Assembly (NCBI RefSeq): GCF_030684315.1
Contig: NC_081371.1
Location: forward strand, 40,802,390-40,866,389
From: Stegostoma tigrinum
Taxonomy: Eukaryota
Length of the DNA stretch: 64,000 nt
Reading direction: 5' to 3'
The number at the start of each line of letters is the position of its first letter. The stretch's first letter is position 1. The notes below the pieces were generated by a model that did not search any database, was not told the DNA's origin, and saw nothing but the letters and a program-made list of their open reading frames with translations. Below are positions 12,960 to 25,854 of the stretch, piece by piece. The position numbers and the translations under genes are program-made.

Positions 12960-13859
12960 CTGGGCCAAAGAAACAAACAATCATTTATTTAAAAAAAGCA
13001 GCTGAACAAACCCATCATACCAAGTCAGCTATATCAACTGTTCCCATCTAAGGATTCCATATTGAGGTTTGATAAATGGCCATCCACCTTCAATATTAAC
13101 TCTGCTGTAATCCACAGATATTGTCTGATTTGTTGAAGTTTTCCAACTTCTATTGTTCTCATTCCCACCACAAAAGCCAAAGGATGAAGGAAGGGGAAGA
13201 TTATCCTAGTTGATTATTGAAACATTTATGTGTCTGTCTGGATTTTTTCCAAGGTTGCTGCAGAACCCTAAAGGAAATAAGATGCATTGAAGGAAAAATT
13301 CACTGCAATCTGTTTTGTGCCTGAGGAACAAGTAGTCAGGAGGCAAAATCTAAGGTTTATTCAATGATTTGAAGAGTGGAGTTTGCAAATGGAAGAGCAG
13401 CTGGTTTGCCGAAGGAAGGGCTAAAGCCGTTTTCCATTTGATGTCCTGCAGTGGTTGTAGGATGCTACGACATATAAAGTTCTTTTAACAGCTCTTTAGT
13501 GACCTAACCAGTAATCCCAAAGGGCAACGTAGGAGATGTTCAAAAGAATGGCTGCACAGTTGCTTTCAAAGGTATATTTTTGTGAATCCACAATGAAGAG
13601 TGGTACTTCTGCTGGATCCACAAATGTAAAGTGTGCCAATGCTAGCCTGGGTGAAGCATCCTTGGAATTCCTACCTTCCCTCTATCTGTTTCCTGTGGGC
13701 TTTAAATAGGCCTGCTTGGTGAGAGAGGAGCTGAAATTTTATTACGTCGCTCCTGGTGAGCTGCATAAAGAATGTAATGCATTGTTTCCCTTCAACTGAA
13801 TGACACTGATGTAAAATGTTGCATCAAAAATAAATTTAGAGACAGACAAACGGTTGGAG

Positions 13860-14235
13860 ACACATTAAATCCTTAAAAACTGGAGTGTAGGCTGAACAGA
13901 TCATGGGATCTGCTAATGAGATTTTAATATATGCAGAAAATGATCTTAAGAACAAGAAAAATGCTGAATTTGTACAACTTTACATTACGGTACTGATCAA
14001 GTATGGTTTGTAGCTCTGGACAGTTTATGAAAAGTAAGTACCAGAACCATAAAGAGGTTTTAACGAAAATTCATTTGAACGTTGAGGGATAAGAGTTTAC
14101 AGTTGAAATGAAGAGCTTGAAATATTACTGTTTTTTTCATTTGGGCAGAGACAGTTAATTGGGTGATCTAACAAAGACTTTCAAAATTATGAAAGATTTT
14201 GTCAGGACATGTTGCTAAAGATCATTTCTGCTGGT
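13860..14235 (+). mobile_element. Highly degenerate CR1 3' fragment
   Basis: Residual motifs: atgctgaatttgtacaac...; ttttcatttgggcagagacagttaattgggtgatctaac...ttcaaaattatgaaagattttg. Confidence 0.5.
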
Positions 14236-15086
14236 TACAAGAAACCCAGAGTGGAATCTTCCAATCCTAAAGGTGGTGAGAAATCAACTTAAATGGTTGG
14301 GATGGTGGTGGATCTGAACCTTGTTGCCTCACACCTCCACCTGAACTAAATTTTGGTAGGAAGCTCTCTGCTTAATGTTCCTGCACTGTCACCAACTGAG
14401 GTTCATAAGTGGTCAATTAATGAGCACTTAGGGGATTATTTCTACCTACCAAAATAGGTGGGGTTGAAGGGGGTAGGGTTGACTGCTGATAGCCATTCCC
14501 CTGCACTTGTTTCCAACCCCATGGTCCTCCCTTTGCCCGAGAGACTCCAACGTAACACCACTCGCCAGTAAATGGTCAGTCCTTAATCCCAGGGGGCCAG
14601 GTAGATGTTTTACCGGAAGCTGCTATGGTGCTGCTATGTGCTGGAGCTGCTGGGCTCTAATTGGTTGAAAGATTTTGGTTGGGGTGATTCCCTCACTTGG
14701 GGTCCTGAAGGTCTAATAGAAATTACACTGGCCACCCATTAGATGCCTGAATGTGGAATAGGCTTTCTATCCTTATAGGGAATGGGATTCTCTCCACCAA
14801 TCTCTCCCACTTCTGGACAATCAAAAAATGGGGAGCTGCACCCACAGTTTCATCATCGTCAAATTGAGAAAAATTAGTATGGCTTGCTCTCACAAGGTCA
14901 TTACAACGAGTGGACATAGATGGAGAGAACAGATATTTTTTAAAAATTGGTAATGAGTTTGAAAAGGCAAGATAAAATCTGTTCAATGAAACGACAAGAA
15001 AAATGGCAAAAGGAACATAGCATTTCAACTAAATCCATGTGAGGCAAATAATTTCCTACAAGCATAATTCCTATGATTGTACTCAC

Positions 15087-15176
15087 AATGCAGTTTGTGA
15101 CTGCTCTGGATTGCTTGAATTTGTAGCCACTCATAAAAATAAAACACATATAGGTGCAGAGAGCCTTAGAATCCAC
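15087..15176 (-). CDS. Unnamed tandem-CH-domain gene, coding exon 8 (90 nt, phase 0 to 0): VDSKALCTYMCFIFMSGYKFKQSRAVTNCI
   Basis: Acceptor ttttttaaaataaAG, donor |GTGAGT. D.KALCTYM resembles the last CH2 helix (PDEKSIMTYV). Confidence 0.9.
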
Positions 15177-15281
15177 CTTTATTTTAAAAAAAAGTTAATT
15201 TAGAAATATTAAATGACCTTAAAAGGAAATGTAACTTTTTTTTTCTGCTTGTCTTTTCCCTTACAATTTTCATCTTGTTAC

Positions 15282-15363
15282 CTCAAGCAGATCTTGTGAT
15301 GTAAACGAGGTTGATGTACAAATAAATTCTTCCATTGTTTTTAAAGCAAGATTTGTTATCCAT
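15282..15363 (-). CDS. Unnamed tandem-CH-domain gene, coding exon 7 (82 nt, phase 2 to 0): (R)WITNLALKTMEEFICTSTSFTSQDLLE
   Basis: Acceptor ttaattttatAG, donor GAG|GTAACA. Resembles CH2 N...AF..AE..GI..LL..ED. Confidence 0.9.
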
Positions 15364-15446
15364 CTATAAAATTAACCACATTCAAAATATGAAACAAGAG
15401 CAGCGAGAATCAATAAGTCATGCTACAGATTATAATGAATAGTCAC

Positions 15447-15574
15447 CTGTCACATGGCAGCATTTCCACAATGAATGTGCCAGGCATGAAGGAATTTACC
15501 AGATAGCACCAGACATGACTGTCGACCAAGTCACTTAAATCTTTTATAAGGAGTTTGTGGCCTTCAGATGCAAT
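15447..15574 (-). CDS. Unnamed tandem-CH-domain gene, coding exon 6 (128 nt, phase 0 to 2): IASEGHKLLIKDLSDLVDSHVWCYLVNSFMPGTFIVEMLPCD
   Basis: Acceptor tttttttttcatttacacAG, donor AG|GTGACT. IKDLSDLVDS..WCYLVNSFMP resembles CH V.NF..SW.DG.AFCAL.H...P. Confidence 0.9.
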
Positions 15575-16148
15575 CTGTGTAAATGAAAAAAAAAGGGGAG
15601 TGAGTTTCAACAGGTTGAAATTAATTTGCTACACATTATATTACCAAGAAGGAACTGGTAAACACTTTGGGTCAAAACCTAGCGACACTGAATGGGAATA
15701 GTGTCTAAGAGAATTGAGGGGGAGCAACGTCTTGGAACTTTGGGGAGGATGCCAGTTTTGCAGCACTGAACAAGAGCAAAGATTCACATCAGGTAGTACA
15801 TTTTGTTTTGGCCTCCTTCAACTACTTGGCCACACAAAGATCAAAGTTGAAGATACCTTCAGGTGTTTTCTTTGAGTCAGCTTAAACTGTTCAAAACTGT
15901 TTATTTTTTCATGAAAAGCACTTTGATTTGCATCAGCTAAAAAGATGGTAAAATCATGAATAGTCAAAATGAATTTTTATAACAGTTTAAAATTTACTTC
16001 TGATCAACTTTTGTTTTCATAAACTGTCCATCGATTGAGTTTTATTCATATTGCAACAGGAGTAATATTTTGTATCACTTCAATGATGGCATTGACACTG
16101 CTTTGTGACAATTTGAAAAATAAGTGCCTCTGTGTTGAATAAAACCAC

Positions 16149-16255
16149 CTGTAAATGGGCATTAACGAGATCCAGGATGCATTCAACACCGGAAGGGTAG
16201 TAATCCCAGCCTTCTTTAGGAATCTTCTTGTTAAATATTTTAGCTACCTCACGAC
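16149..16255 (-). CDS. Unnamed tandem-CH-domain gene, coding exon 5 (107 nt, phase 1 to 0): (G)REVAKIFNKKIPKEGWDYYPSGVECILDLVNAHLQ
   Basis: Acceptor tattctgtctctaAG, donor CAG|GTGGTT. ECILDLVNAHL fits CH helix A. Confidence 0.85.
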
Positions 16256-17110
16256 CTTAGAGACAGAATACAGGCAAAATTAATATTCCACTTTTCTCAT
16301 TCTTGGACAACTAGCATTTTTTCTAAAGAAACAGCATGATAACTTTTGATTACTGCCTGAAAACTCAATGGGTAAAGTTGCTTGTCAAATATTCCATGCT
16401 CTTTTCAAGAGGGACTCCACAGCCACAGTGCTTTACCTCATTAAACATAGTTAGCAAAAATAAATTGAAGTAATTCTGCATGCAGTTTATCCTCTCCATG
16501 AATTTGAAATAATAGTAATGGATATTTCCAAGAAAGATGTTGTAATAAGGTCCCAAGACTAGTCTAAAGACTAATTTTTTTTATACAGCAAATAACTTAT
16601 TTCAATTGTTCATGTTTTGTAAGTTAACTACAGCAATATGAAAACATATTGACATTTCATAAACCGGAATTTCTAACTTTTAGGCTAAGAAACGGGGGAA
16701 AAATCATTTTAATTAGCATGCTTTATTATAAATGCTTTCAAAAAGAACATGATTACAACTTTACTGCACAAATAATTCTTTCCTCAGTTTCAATCTATTT
16801 ATATCTTTTTACTATAAGATTCTATATCTCTCTTCACAGATGCTGCTGAGTTTCTCCAGCACATTCTGTTTTCATTTCAGATTTTCTGCGTCCACAGTAT
16901 TTTGCATTTATTAGACACAATAAGAGATTGTTATCTTTACTGGTGAATCAAAAACAGGAGGGTACAGTTCAGAGTAAGATATTGTCTGCCATTTAAGACA
17001 TATTTTATCAAATTTGGTTATATAAACTTACTGTGCAGTACCTCAAGATGCTTTACTGTGTTAATACTTATATAAATGTGAGTACTTAAATCTAATAATG
17101 TAACAATTAC

Positions 17111-17276
17111 CTGGAAAAGGCTCAAAATCCTGCGATTGTAATGATTTAATCACAGAAGAAATAGAAGATTTTTCTGTAGAATCTGTTGAGATCTCAAGTT
17201 CATCAAAAAATGACAGAGGTGTTTTTGTTTCTTGAATAGACTTCTCCTGGTCTAGTGATTGAACCTTTGGGGTCCA
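17111..17276 (-). CDS. Unnamed tandem-CH-domain gene, coding exon 4 (166 nt, phase 0 to 1): WTPKVQSLDQEKSIQETKTPLSFFDELEISTDSTEKSSISSVIKSLQSQDFEPFP
   Basis: Acceptor tgttttgaattcAG, donor CAG|GTAATT. 55 open codons forming an S/T/E-rich linker between the CH domains. Confidence 0.85.
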
Positions 17277-17439
17277 CTGAATTCAAAACATAAAACAATT
17301 TCCATAACATGAATCCCTCGTCCACAATTACGACATACATTAGTGGCATAATTACAAGCAATGTATACCACTTTGCCCTTAACTACATTGTTTCAAAATC
17401 AGTTTGATGTTATTTATCCATGTTATCTTGTATCTGGAA

Positions 17440-17765
17440 GATGGTAGCTGTATTGATAATGTCATTGGACCAGTAATCTAGAGGGCCATGCTAACATAAT
17501 GGGGACTGAAGTTCAAACATGGAAGCAAGTATCTTTCAAATACAATTGATAAACCTGGAATATAAAACTACTCTTAGTTATGAGAATGATTATCACTTTT
17601 GGGGAGAACATCTGCCATCCTTCCCTGGTCTGACCTTATGCTCACAGCAATATGGCCAACTCTTAACAGCTCTTTGAGTGGCTTAGAAAACCATTCTGAT
17701 CACAGGCAATGAGGGTTGGACAATAGATGCTAGCCTTTTCCTCCCTCCTATGAATAAATAAAGGA
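17440..17765 (+). mobile_element. Degenerate SacSINE1-like SINE
   Basis: Reverse-complement similarity to 8555-8905 (tctgccatccttccctggtctgacct...tatgaataaat). Confidence 0.55.
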
Positions 17766-18116
17766 AAACAAAGTATTTCTTAAGATGACAACATGATTTG
17801 ACTTAAATGTGAGGGCTGTTAGCAGTAATACCTTAATAACAAAACTAAATTTTATTTAAAAGAAAACTTTCCGAAGAATTATAACAACATTTACACCAAG
17901 TAAAATTAAGAATAATATTGCAGTGCTACATTGAAAAGCAGTCATAAAAGGATTTTGTCAGTTACAAAACACAAACTACATTATCCCAACTTAAAAGATC
18001 CAATAAAAATGAATAGAATAAGCATTCCAGAAGCAAACAAATTATGTTCCTTTTCCATTATAACAATATGTTGCATGCTGTGAAAACATGAAGAACATAA
18101 ATAGAAATCCTTGTAC

Positions 18117-18227
18117 CTTGAAACAAACAGAGCAGACCAGTTTGTCATTGTCAAGCAGCAGTTGGCTGGATCGTTCCCAGGTGAACTGGATATCATGCAC
18201 TATTAACCTCCACAGCAGTTCCATTAT
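18117..18227 (-). CDS. Unnamed tandem-CH-domain gene, coding exon 3 (111 nt, phase 0 to 0): IMELLWRLIVHDIQFTWERSSQLLLDNDKLVCSVCFK
   Basis: Acceptor atttgtactttAG, donor AAG|GTACAA. IMELLWRLI matches the CH1 C-terminal helix (TLGMIWTII / ILGLLWQLI). Confidence 0.9.
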
Positions 18228-18629
18228 CTAAAGTACAAATCAAATGCATTCCTCACAACTTAAGCCATCATGAAATCCAAATATTCATTGTTATGAATTT
18301 CTAAATAACAGTATCATCAACTGATATGCTTAAGAAAAATAATTGTACATTGGCCTGATCTTTGCAGTTGTAATCATGGTGAAACCATTAGCATTCAGAT
18401 CATTATCCTGCAAAATTGACAATGTCTACTACCAGCGCATATGCAGTTAAACACTTAAATCCAAAGCGATTGTTCATGTGGCATTCTGTTTGACTTATGT
18501 AATTGGCTGAGCTGATGAATAACCACACTTTAAAGTACAATATTAATCCATACTAGTATACTACCCCTATCGCAAAAACTCCCATAGGATCTTCTGAAGG
18601 TTTTCTGAAAATCCAAATGCACTAGTTTT

Positions 18630-19340
18630 CCTTCATCTATGCTACAAGTAACATCCTCAAAAAGCTAAAACAGGTTTTCAAAACATGATTTCCCTTTCAT
18701 AAATCAATATTGATTCTGCTCAATCATATAATTATTTTCCAGGTTCCCAACTATCACCACCTTTAAAGCATTCTAATATTTTTCCTTCTGCTCAACATCA
18801 AATTAAAAGGACTGTAGTTCTCCATTTCATCTGTTCCTCCCTTCTTAGGGAACACATATACTTTTAGGATTACATTTTCTATTTTCCAGTCTACAGGAAA
18901 CTTCCCAGAACTTAGAGTTTTGAAATGTAAGCATCAATGCATTCATTTTCTCTTTAGCCATCTCCTACAAACACTGGGATATTGCTTATTGATTTGGGGG
19001 TTTATCAGCCTTCAACCCAGTTAATTTTTCACGCTGTAGCTGTTTATTAATATTAATTTCTTTCAGGACATCATTTTCACAATTTGCTTGGTTCCCTGGT
19101 GTTTCTGGGACATTTTTTGTATTTTCCTCCGTAAAGTCAGACAAAAATTATTTGTTTAGCTTCTCCACCATTTCTGCATGCCACTATAAATTGTCCTCCC
19201 TCCATCTGTAGCAGTCACACATTTTACCTTTCTAATTTTTTGCTATTGTATACCTAAAGAAGTTTTACATTCCACCTTATGATTCTTCCTAGTTTGCAGT
19301 CTTATTCTCATTTCCATGAGTTATTAATTTCTTGATCACT
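18630..19340 (-). mobile_element. Degenerate CR1 ORF2 fragment
   Basis: Plus-strand aaaacatgatttccctttcataaatc... and ...aaggactgtagttctcc are reverse complements of CR1 RT segments (HGF.KGKSC; GNYRP). Confidence 0.6.
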
Positions 19341-20051
19341 TTTGCCGAAGTCAAAATTGCTCCTAACTTTTTCTCATATTTATAACATTAGATTCAAAAT
19401 TCTTTATTGATCATTCATAGGATTTGGGCAGCACTGACGAACCCAGCATTTATTTTTCATCCTTCATTGCTCTTGAGAAGTTGTTATGAGAGATTTTGTT
19501 AAAAACTTCCAGGCCTTAGGATGTACAGACAACCACAGTACTGTTAAGAAGCAAGGTCCAGGACTTTGACACAGAGGAAGAATGGCAATATAATTCCAAG
19601 TCAAGGTGATAGAGGTGCTTGTTTTGGTAGGTGTTTTGCTGCAGCAGGTCTTGTAGGTGGAATACACTGCTGCCATATGTAGGATTAATGGGGATGTTAG
19701 CAAATCCTGATTGGTTTTGTTATAAGCACTCAACATCAATTGGTTCGTCTGTTACATTGTTCTAATTAACTGTAAGCAATGTAGATTTTAGTACTTTAAT
19801 ATCATGTGACTCTGCTTAGCTTAATTTGACAAAGAAATGCACCATGAGATTGTGAACCAGGTGAAAACAATACATTAATATTTTAGACGTACAGGTACAA
19901 AACCAAGGTGCCCCATTTATTTGGCTTCTATTTCATGTTTGTGGCAACATCAGAATAAGACAGAGGTTGTATCCTCCCAGGTCTTTACCCTTTATCAAGA
20001 TATCATAACCAGAGTTGTGCCTCTGTACTGGTGTTATTTTAATTTGGTTTA

Positions 20052-20356
20052 GAATTCCTAGAGTGTGACAACAGGCTCTTTGGCCCAACAAATCCACGCT
20101 GACCCTCAGAACATCCCACCCGGACCCATCTCCCCAACCGACACATCCCTGAACACTATGGGCAATTCAGCACAGCTAATCCATCTAGGCTGCACATCTT
20201 TGGACTGTGGGAGGAAACCAGAGCACCCAGAGAAAACCCACGCAAACACAGGGAGAATGTGCAAACTCCACACAGACAGTTACCCAAAGGTGGAATTGAA
20301 CCCTGGTTCCTAGCGCGGTGAGGCAGCAGTGCTAACCACTGAGCCACCCTGCCACG
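20052..20356 (-). mobile_element. HE1-type shark tRNA-derived SINE, near full length
   Basis: The - strand has A box tggctcagtgg, B box ggttcaattcc, V-domain tgtctgtgtggagtttgcacattctccctgtg...tttcctcccacagtccaaagatgtgc and a CR1-like tail. Confidence 0.88.
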
Positions 20357-22439
20357 TCATGGTTTAGAAGTAAATCAATTGATTGGAAGTAAATTTGTAT
20401 AGAATTAACTTTGAAAAGATTAGACTTGCATCACTCAAAACTATGTATTGAAGCACATGTCACTGCTTCACTCTTTTTTGATTAACTTGGTTGAGATTAG
20501 TACTTTGTGATCTGTTTTAGTTTTATATAGTCTTGAGGTTTTAAGTAGTCTTTTTTACCCAATGCCCTTTGTCTTTCAAATAAAAGGGCAATTAAAAATC
20601 TAGGCATTTAAACATACATGATTTAACAAATGGATCTAAGAAGAACAAATGTTCATTTATAAGTAAGTGTCTGATTTAATGGGAAGTTCAATAATAAGGA
20701 AGAACTTAGACATGAGCTCAAAAATATCAGTCACTGGGTCCGAACTGAATATGCCTCCCTTTTCTCAATAAAAGGAGTAAAGAACATTCCAACCTATCCA
20801 CTTAGTAAAAAGTCATACAATGACAATAATAAAACTAAATGAAGAGGGTGGGCCATAGGCCAATTTATTCATTCATAAATAGTTAAATGGATCCAGTCAA
20901 GGTCCATCACCCATAAAAAAAATTAGAAGTTGATCATGCATCGTTTGAACCAAGTAGCTGTCTCACCTAACCTAGGTCAATTAGAATATAATTATGTAAT
21001 CAATCACCCTGGCTTGGAAAAAGTTAAGAAGCAGCTACTTTCAGTGATCAAAGGGTACATTAAGTTTGAAAATGAGGTTATTCTGCTGCCCAAGTGAAAT
21101 CAGTTGATTCTCAATATATTAGAGCGAGAGATCAGAGATGAAATGTTGACTTGCACTCCATGACAAGTAAGAAAACAAGAGCTGTAATACACCCATAGCA
21201 TATTATCATGGTATATAAAGTTACTGATCTGTTTTATTAAGTATAGCTTAAACAAAATTGTCTGAAGTACTGCAGCATGATGTTTCCTTTTTTTTGGTTA
21301 AAGTCACAAATGAATACATTAATATTGGGATTTGAGATTAAAATGTAACCTAGAACTCAGACATTTGCCAGTATTGAGGGGAGTGAATGTTGAAGGTAAT
21401 GGATGGGGTGACAGTCAAAAGGGTATCTTATCCTGGATAGTGTAGCCAGGACTTTTATCCAGCAACACTGATGAAACAGTGGTGCATTAGTCAAGAATCC
21501 TCTGCCTATTGGCATTGTGGGTCAACTCATGACAGGTGGACTGCAGTGGTTGAAGAAGGCAGATGACTACCACTTTCCCGAGGGCAACCACGGGCAATAA
21601 ATGCTGGGCCCAGTCAATGACACTCATATACCATGGATGAATAGAAAAAGATTCAGCATGAAGATGGTGTGAAGCTTAGGGGACGTGGGGGGGGGGGGGG
21701 TGGACAGTGCAAGTGGTTGGGTTGCCATGTTGCTTTTGTCCTTCAAGATGGTAGTCTTTATGCATTTGGAAGGAACTGCCTGAGGAACCTTGGTGAATTT
21801 TTGCAGTGCATCTAACAAGTGTCCATGGTGAACGTTTGTGGCTGGGTGCCATCAAGTGGACTGCTTTGTCCTGGATGGTGTCAAGCTTCTTCAGCATTAT
21901 TGGAGTTGCAACTATCTGGGTTATACACCATCCTGATTTGGAATTTTTCTATGGTGGACAGAAGGCCATTGATGAAGCAGCTGAAGATGTTTGGCTCCAG
22001 GAAACTAATCTAGGTCTCTCCTCTACTGTTGGTTCATCTCTCCTCTACTATCTCTCTTCTACTCCTCCACTGGTTACAACTGTTCTTAAAATTATTTTCT
22101 CTAAAAATATAAAGAATTAACTGGAGCATGGAACCAGAGCCATTTAGCCTGAAACAAAAGAGTGACAATTTGAATTTAATGTATCAGAACTTTTCAGGAG
22201 AACATTTGATAAACATTTGTAATTTTGGAGCATTGTTCTAAATGCACAGTACCAACAAGTGAAAAGTACCGAAATAAAAAGGCAGGATAGAATCATTGTT
22301 TGATCAGAATTTGATCTCTATTCTATCCAGGTATACCATCATTGTCAATCTCAGATGGATAATTGCAGTGTGTGATGCAGAGTTGGCATATCAGAGATAC
22401 ACTGCATTTGTAAAGGATATGATAGTAGAGAATTCAGAA

Positions 22440-23130
22440 ATATAATAACCACATGGAGTCTTGACGGCTTTATGAATGAGAAATCATATTCTATAAAGAG
22501 TTAACAAGCAGGTCAAACAAAAGAGAATCAACAGATGTAACATACTTGAATTTCCAAAAGGCAATTGTAAGGTACTTCAGATGCTACTTAATAAGATGAG
22601 GCCATGACATTGGGGTCATTTTTTCATAATGGAAGATTGGCTAACCAATAGAAAACAGAGTTGGGATGAAAGGGGCATTTTCAGGATGGTGACCTGTACC
22701 CTAGGGAGCATGACAGGGATCAATGCTGTGGCCAAAATTGATTACAATATACATTTATGACTTGGCTGATGGAAGTGAACATACTATTGCCAAGTTTGCA
22801 GATGGCACAGAAATAGCAAAGTTTTAAAAATGATACAAATGATAGGTATACAAATATTGATCGCATGGGCACAAACTTAGCAAATGGAATGTAGTATTGG
22901 GAAATGCGAGGCTATGCATTTTGGAGGGAAGAACAGAAATTCTGAAGATTATTGAAATGGAGAAAGACCACGGGAATCTGTGGTACAGGGGAATTTGGGC
23001 ATCCAGTGAATGATTTACAAAATGTTAGCATTCTAGTTCAGCTGGAGCTCAATTGGAGAGTCGAGAACCAGGGGTCATAACCTGAGAGGAAGGTGCCTGT
23101 TTAAGACAGCTGATGAGGAATTTCTTCTCT
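22440..23130 (+). mobile_element. Degenerate CR1 RT fragment
   Basis: gaagattggctaaccaatagaaaacagag (EDWLTNRKQ) and attgccaagtttgcagatggcac (IAKFADG). Confidence 0.75.
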
Positions 23131-24992
23131 CATGACAAAGGTAATGCCATATGGGCAACAATCCTCTAGTACCAGGACTGAAAAAATCTTGGTCACCAGG
23201 ATCACATCCACAGAGTAAAGGAAAACATCCAGCTTAGTCAACAACTTGAAGTAGTGTGCTTTTAAACTTCACCACAAACATATTGTTAGATTGGGTGTAA
23301 TGGTTTGCTTGACCGAAATGGAGATGAGCTGCTTGCAAGTCCATGAAACCAAGACTTAAGTCTACAGATTCAGATTTTACTTAAAAGACAATTCCTTGTG
23401 TGATAATTCAGAATATTATTAAGTCTGAAAATCTAAGATACTGTAGGGAAGAAAGTACTAGCTTTAACGGTGCAGCTGTCTTCTATGAAATATTTGTGAG
23501 ATTAAAAATCCTCGCAATAATATTAGGAACAACTACATGAGCTGTCAGGGAGGAGTTCCTTTTGAAGGTAATTCAGCTTGAATGCTCTGCATATAAGGTA
23601 ATGATGCCACTATCAGAATTAGCAGGAACAACACTCTCCAAAAAGGACATCCAAGGATTAAATGATTCTGTAGGGGAGAAATAATTTACAAAGTTCAAAA
23701 TCGAGGTCAACAATCCTCAGGCCAAAGGCCTAAAAAAATCTAAAAAGTCCAAAGGGAACATGTTCTGGGAAAATTTGAAAAGCCTGCAGCAGCCTGAACC
23801 TTTGAAGTCAGTGACTTGGGGGTAGATGGAGTAGTGGTAAGTGTAGAGAATAAAATACAGAAAGAAAGACTGGCTGCTGCTTTTGTTTCAATGCCCTATC
23901 AGGGGCTGTTTAACCATTTAATTTGATGTTAATGAGAGTAGAAAGAAGGACTGGTGGCAGCCCTCTACTACTGCAGGTGGCAGTAATGCAAAACATAACA
24001 TGGTGATTAGCAGTGGATTTGTCGCATCAATAACTCAAGGTAACAGTAGTGGAAAAAAATTCCATTTGACTTATTAACAAAAATTCACCACTTCAAGAAC
24101 ATCACCATAATAACAACACATGCAGTGTCATAATATGGTGAATTCATGGACAGAATGAACAGTGTTATAATGGTTATAATAATTGTGTGAGGTGAAATCG
24201 TGGAACGAGTTGAAAACATAAACGCGAAACTTAGAATCTTAAAGTGAATGCTGGAAGGTTTCCTGAAGGAACCACACAACTCCTAACACCAATCCCTCCA
24301 AGAATCTAATTTCTATGACTTTCCATTTAATAAATACTCAAAACAGCTTCTCACTAAAGCTGTTTGAGCTGAATTTGTTCAGTTTCCAGCCAGGAAAAGA
24401 GTGCTGTCTGAAATCATTTTATATGCAGTGTCCAACTAATACAATCTGCATGTCAGCAAAATTCTTACTGTTCAAAGAGAACCCTTGAGGCATTAAATAT
24501 GAAAGTCAATTACCTTTTAAACTTTTAAACTAAATTAATTTTAAAACTGCATGAGTTGCAATCATACCACAAGAGGTGTAAAGCCAACATAATGATACAT
24601 GATTGCTTTAAGGTGTTGGCACATTTTTTTGAAACCAAATCTAAGGGATCACTGTAGTTATGTAACAGATTCCAAATCTGATTTCACAAATTTATTTGAA
24701 CACCTGACTGATAAACCTCCAAGAAGGGAGCCTGCACTCAGTGAGTAGAGCTGATTCCCTGATCCACCATACCTGTGAGCTCAGTTCTCAACCTGAAGCA
24801 TAGGAAGCACAATTATCACTCTCAGCAATATATTGTCTATTGAACATGATTTCAATCCACCCAATGGCATTGAAAGGAATTATTACATATTTATTATAAT
24901 TATCAAAATATCAATTCTTAAGGTATTAATGTTATTTAATGTAGTGTCACCCACACAGGAGAATTAAAATTGAAAGAGACCCTGTTACGTAC

Positions 24993-25162
24993 ACGTTTCG
25001 TGTTTTTCTTGGCAATCGTGCCACAATCAATTTCGCTATTCTCTGGTAAAATGCCAGCTGCCCGCAGTTCAACCAGTAGCAACTCAAACTGTGCTGCAAC
25101 TTGCCGGCTTGAGTGGCAGCAAGTCATGCTGCGCATATTCTTCGATGACTTTCCAATGAAAC
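24993..25162 (-). CDS. Unnamed tandem-CH-domain gene, coding exon 2 (170 nt, phase 1 to 0): (G)FIGKSSKNMRSMTCCHSSRQVAAQFELLLVELRAAGILPENSEIDCGTIAKKNTKR
   Basis: Acceptor aactttttattAG, donor CGT|GTACGT. LRAAGI...IDCGTIAKKNTK resembles CH1 L...GV....I....IV.GN.K. Confidence 0.9.
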
Positions 25163-25724
25163 CTAATAAAAAGTTAATAATGTCTTTTTCAATAACTCTC
25201 AATCAACAAATGGCAGAAAAAAAACAAATATTTTGGAAAATCAGGGTTCAGAAATCTGTCTTTATTGAATAAAAATAATTGCATAGATCCTGTCAAGTTC
25301 CTCACTTATGTGGTCAAATCAATGTTTACAATAACTATATCACGCAAGCATTAAATTTTCAATTCAGGAATAATTGTCCTAATATTATCCCCTAAAATCT
25401 TCTGTACAGAAGTTGCAACAATTACTTTTAATAAATATAGGAATTAACAGCAAACCTCTTCGCTTGTTTCTGAATCTGCCTATCCCATTTAATTTTCATA
25501 CAAGTTTATATGAAGGTGTGGCCTATAGATTAGACATTATAATAGTCACTCAGCAGACTAAATGCTGTTTAAATAATATTTACGCAACAGTTTTTCCAGA
25601 AAAGATGCTTTTCATAGAAGTATTTGAAGTGGCATAAACCTAGTACATCTATGCCAAAGCAAATAACTTCCTATTGTCAAATGCTGCAGAGATATTTCTA
25701 AAACATTGATTTATTTGAACTTAC

Positions 25725-25854
25725 CTTCTAACAAGGATTTCAAATGAGTGCCTGCGAATAGATCTGTAAATACATTATTGAGTGGTCGATCAAGTGATGA
25801 ACATCGCATATTTGCCCAGGCTGTGTAACATGCTATTTTTGACTGTTGAGACAT
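25725..25854 (-). CDS. Unnamed tandem-CH-domain gene, first coding exon (exon 25725-25900; CDS 130 nt): MSQQSKIACYTAWANMRCSSLDRPLNNVFTDLFAGTHLKSLLE
   Basis: Acceptor ttttttatttgcAG at 25901. An in-frame TAA directly precedes the ATG at 25854; donor AAG|GTAAGT. YTAWAN....L.NVFTDL..G..L..LLE fits the CH1 consensus (FTAWCN...I..I..DF.DG..L..LLE). Confidence 0.9.

Noticed and set aside
12585-12980. 131-aa ORF apparently fusing a coiled coil to Penelope sequence
   Set aside because: It is exon 9 read through intron into an off-frame part of the PLE; a good donor at 12832 explains it.
16365-16556. 63-aa ORF with an internal GAG|GTAAAG donor-like site
   Set aside because: No convincing acceptor, and exons 4 and 5 already join in phase.
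20260-20356. tRNA-like A and B boxes
   Set aside because: Head of an HE1-type SINE, not a tRNA gene.
21686-21702. Long G run (possible G-quadruplex)
   Set aside because: Simple homopolymer inside a decayed repeat, with unreliable length.
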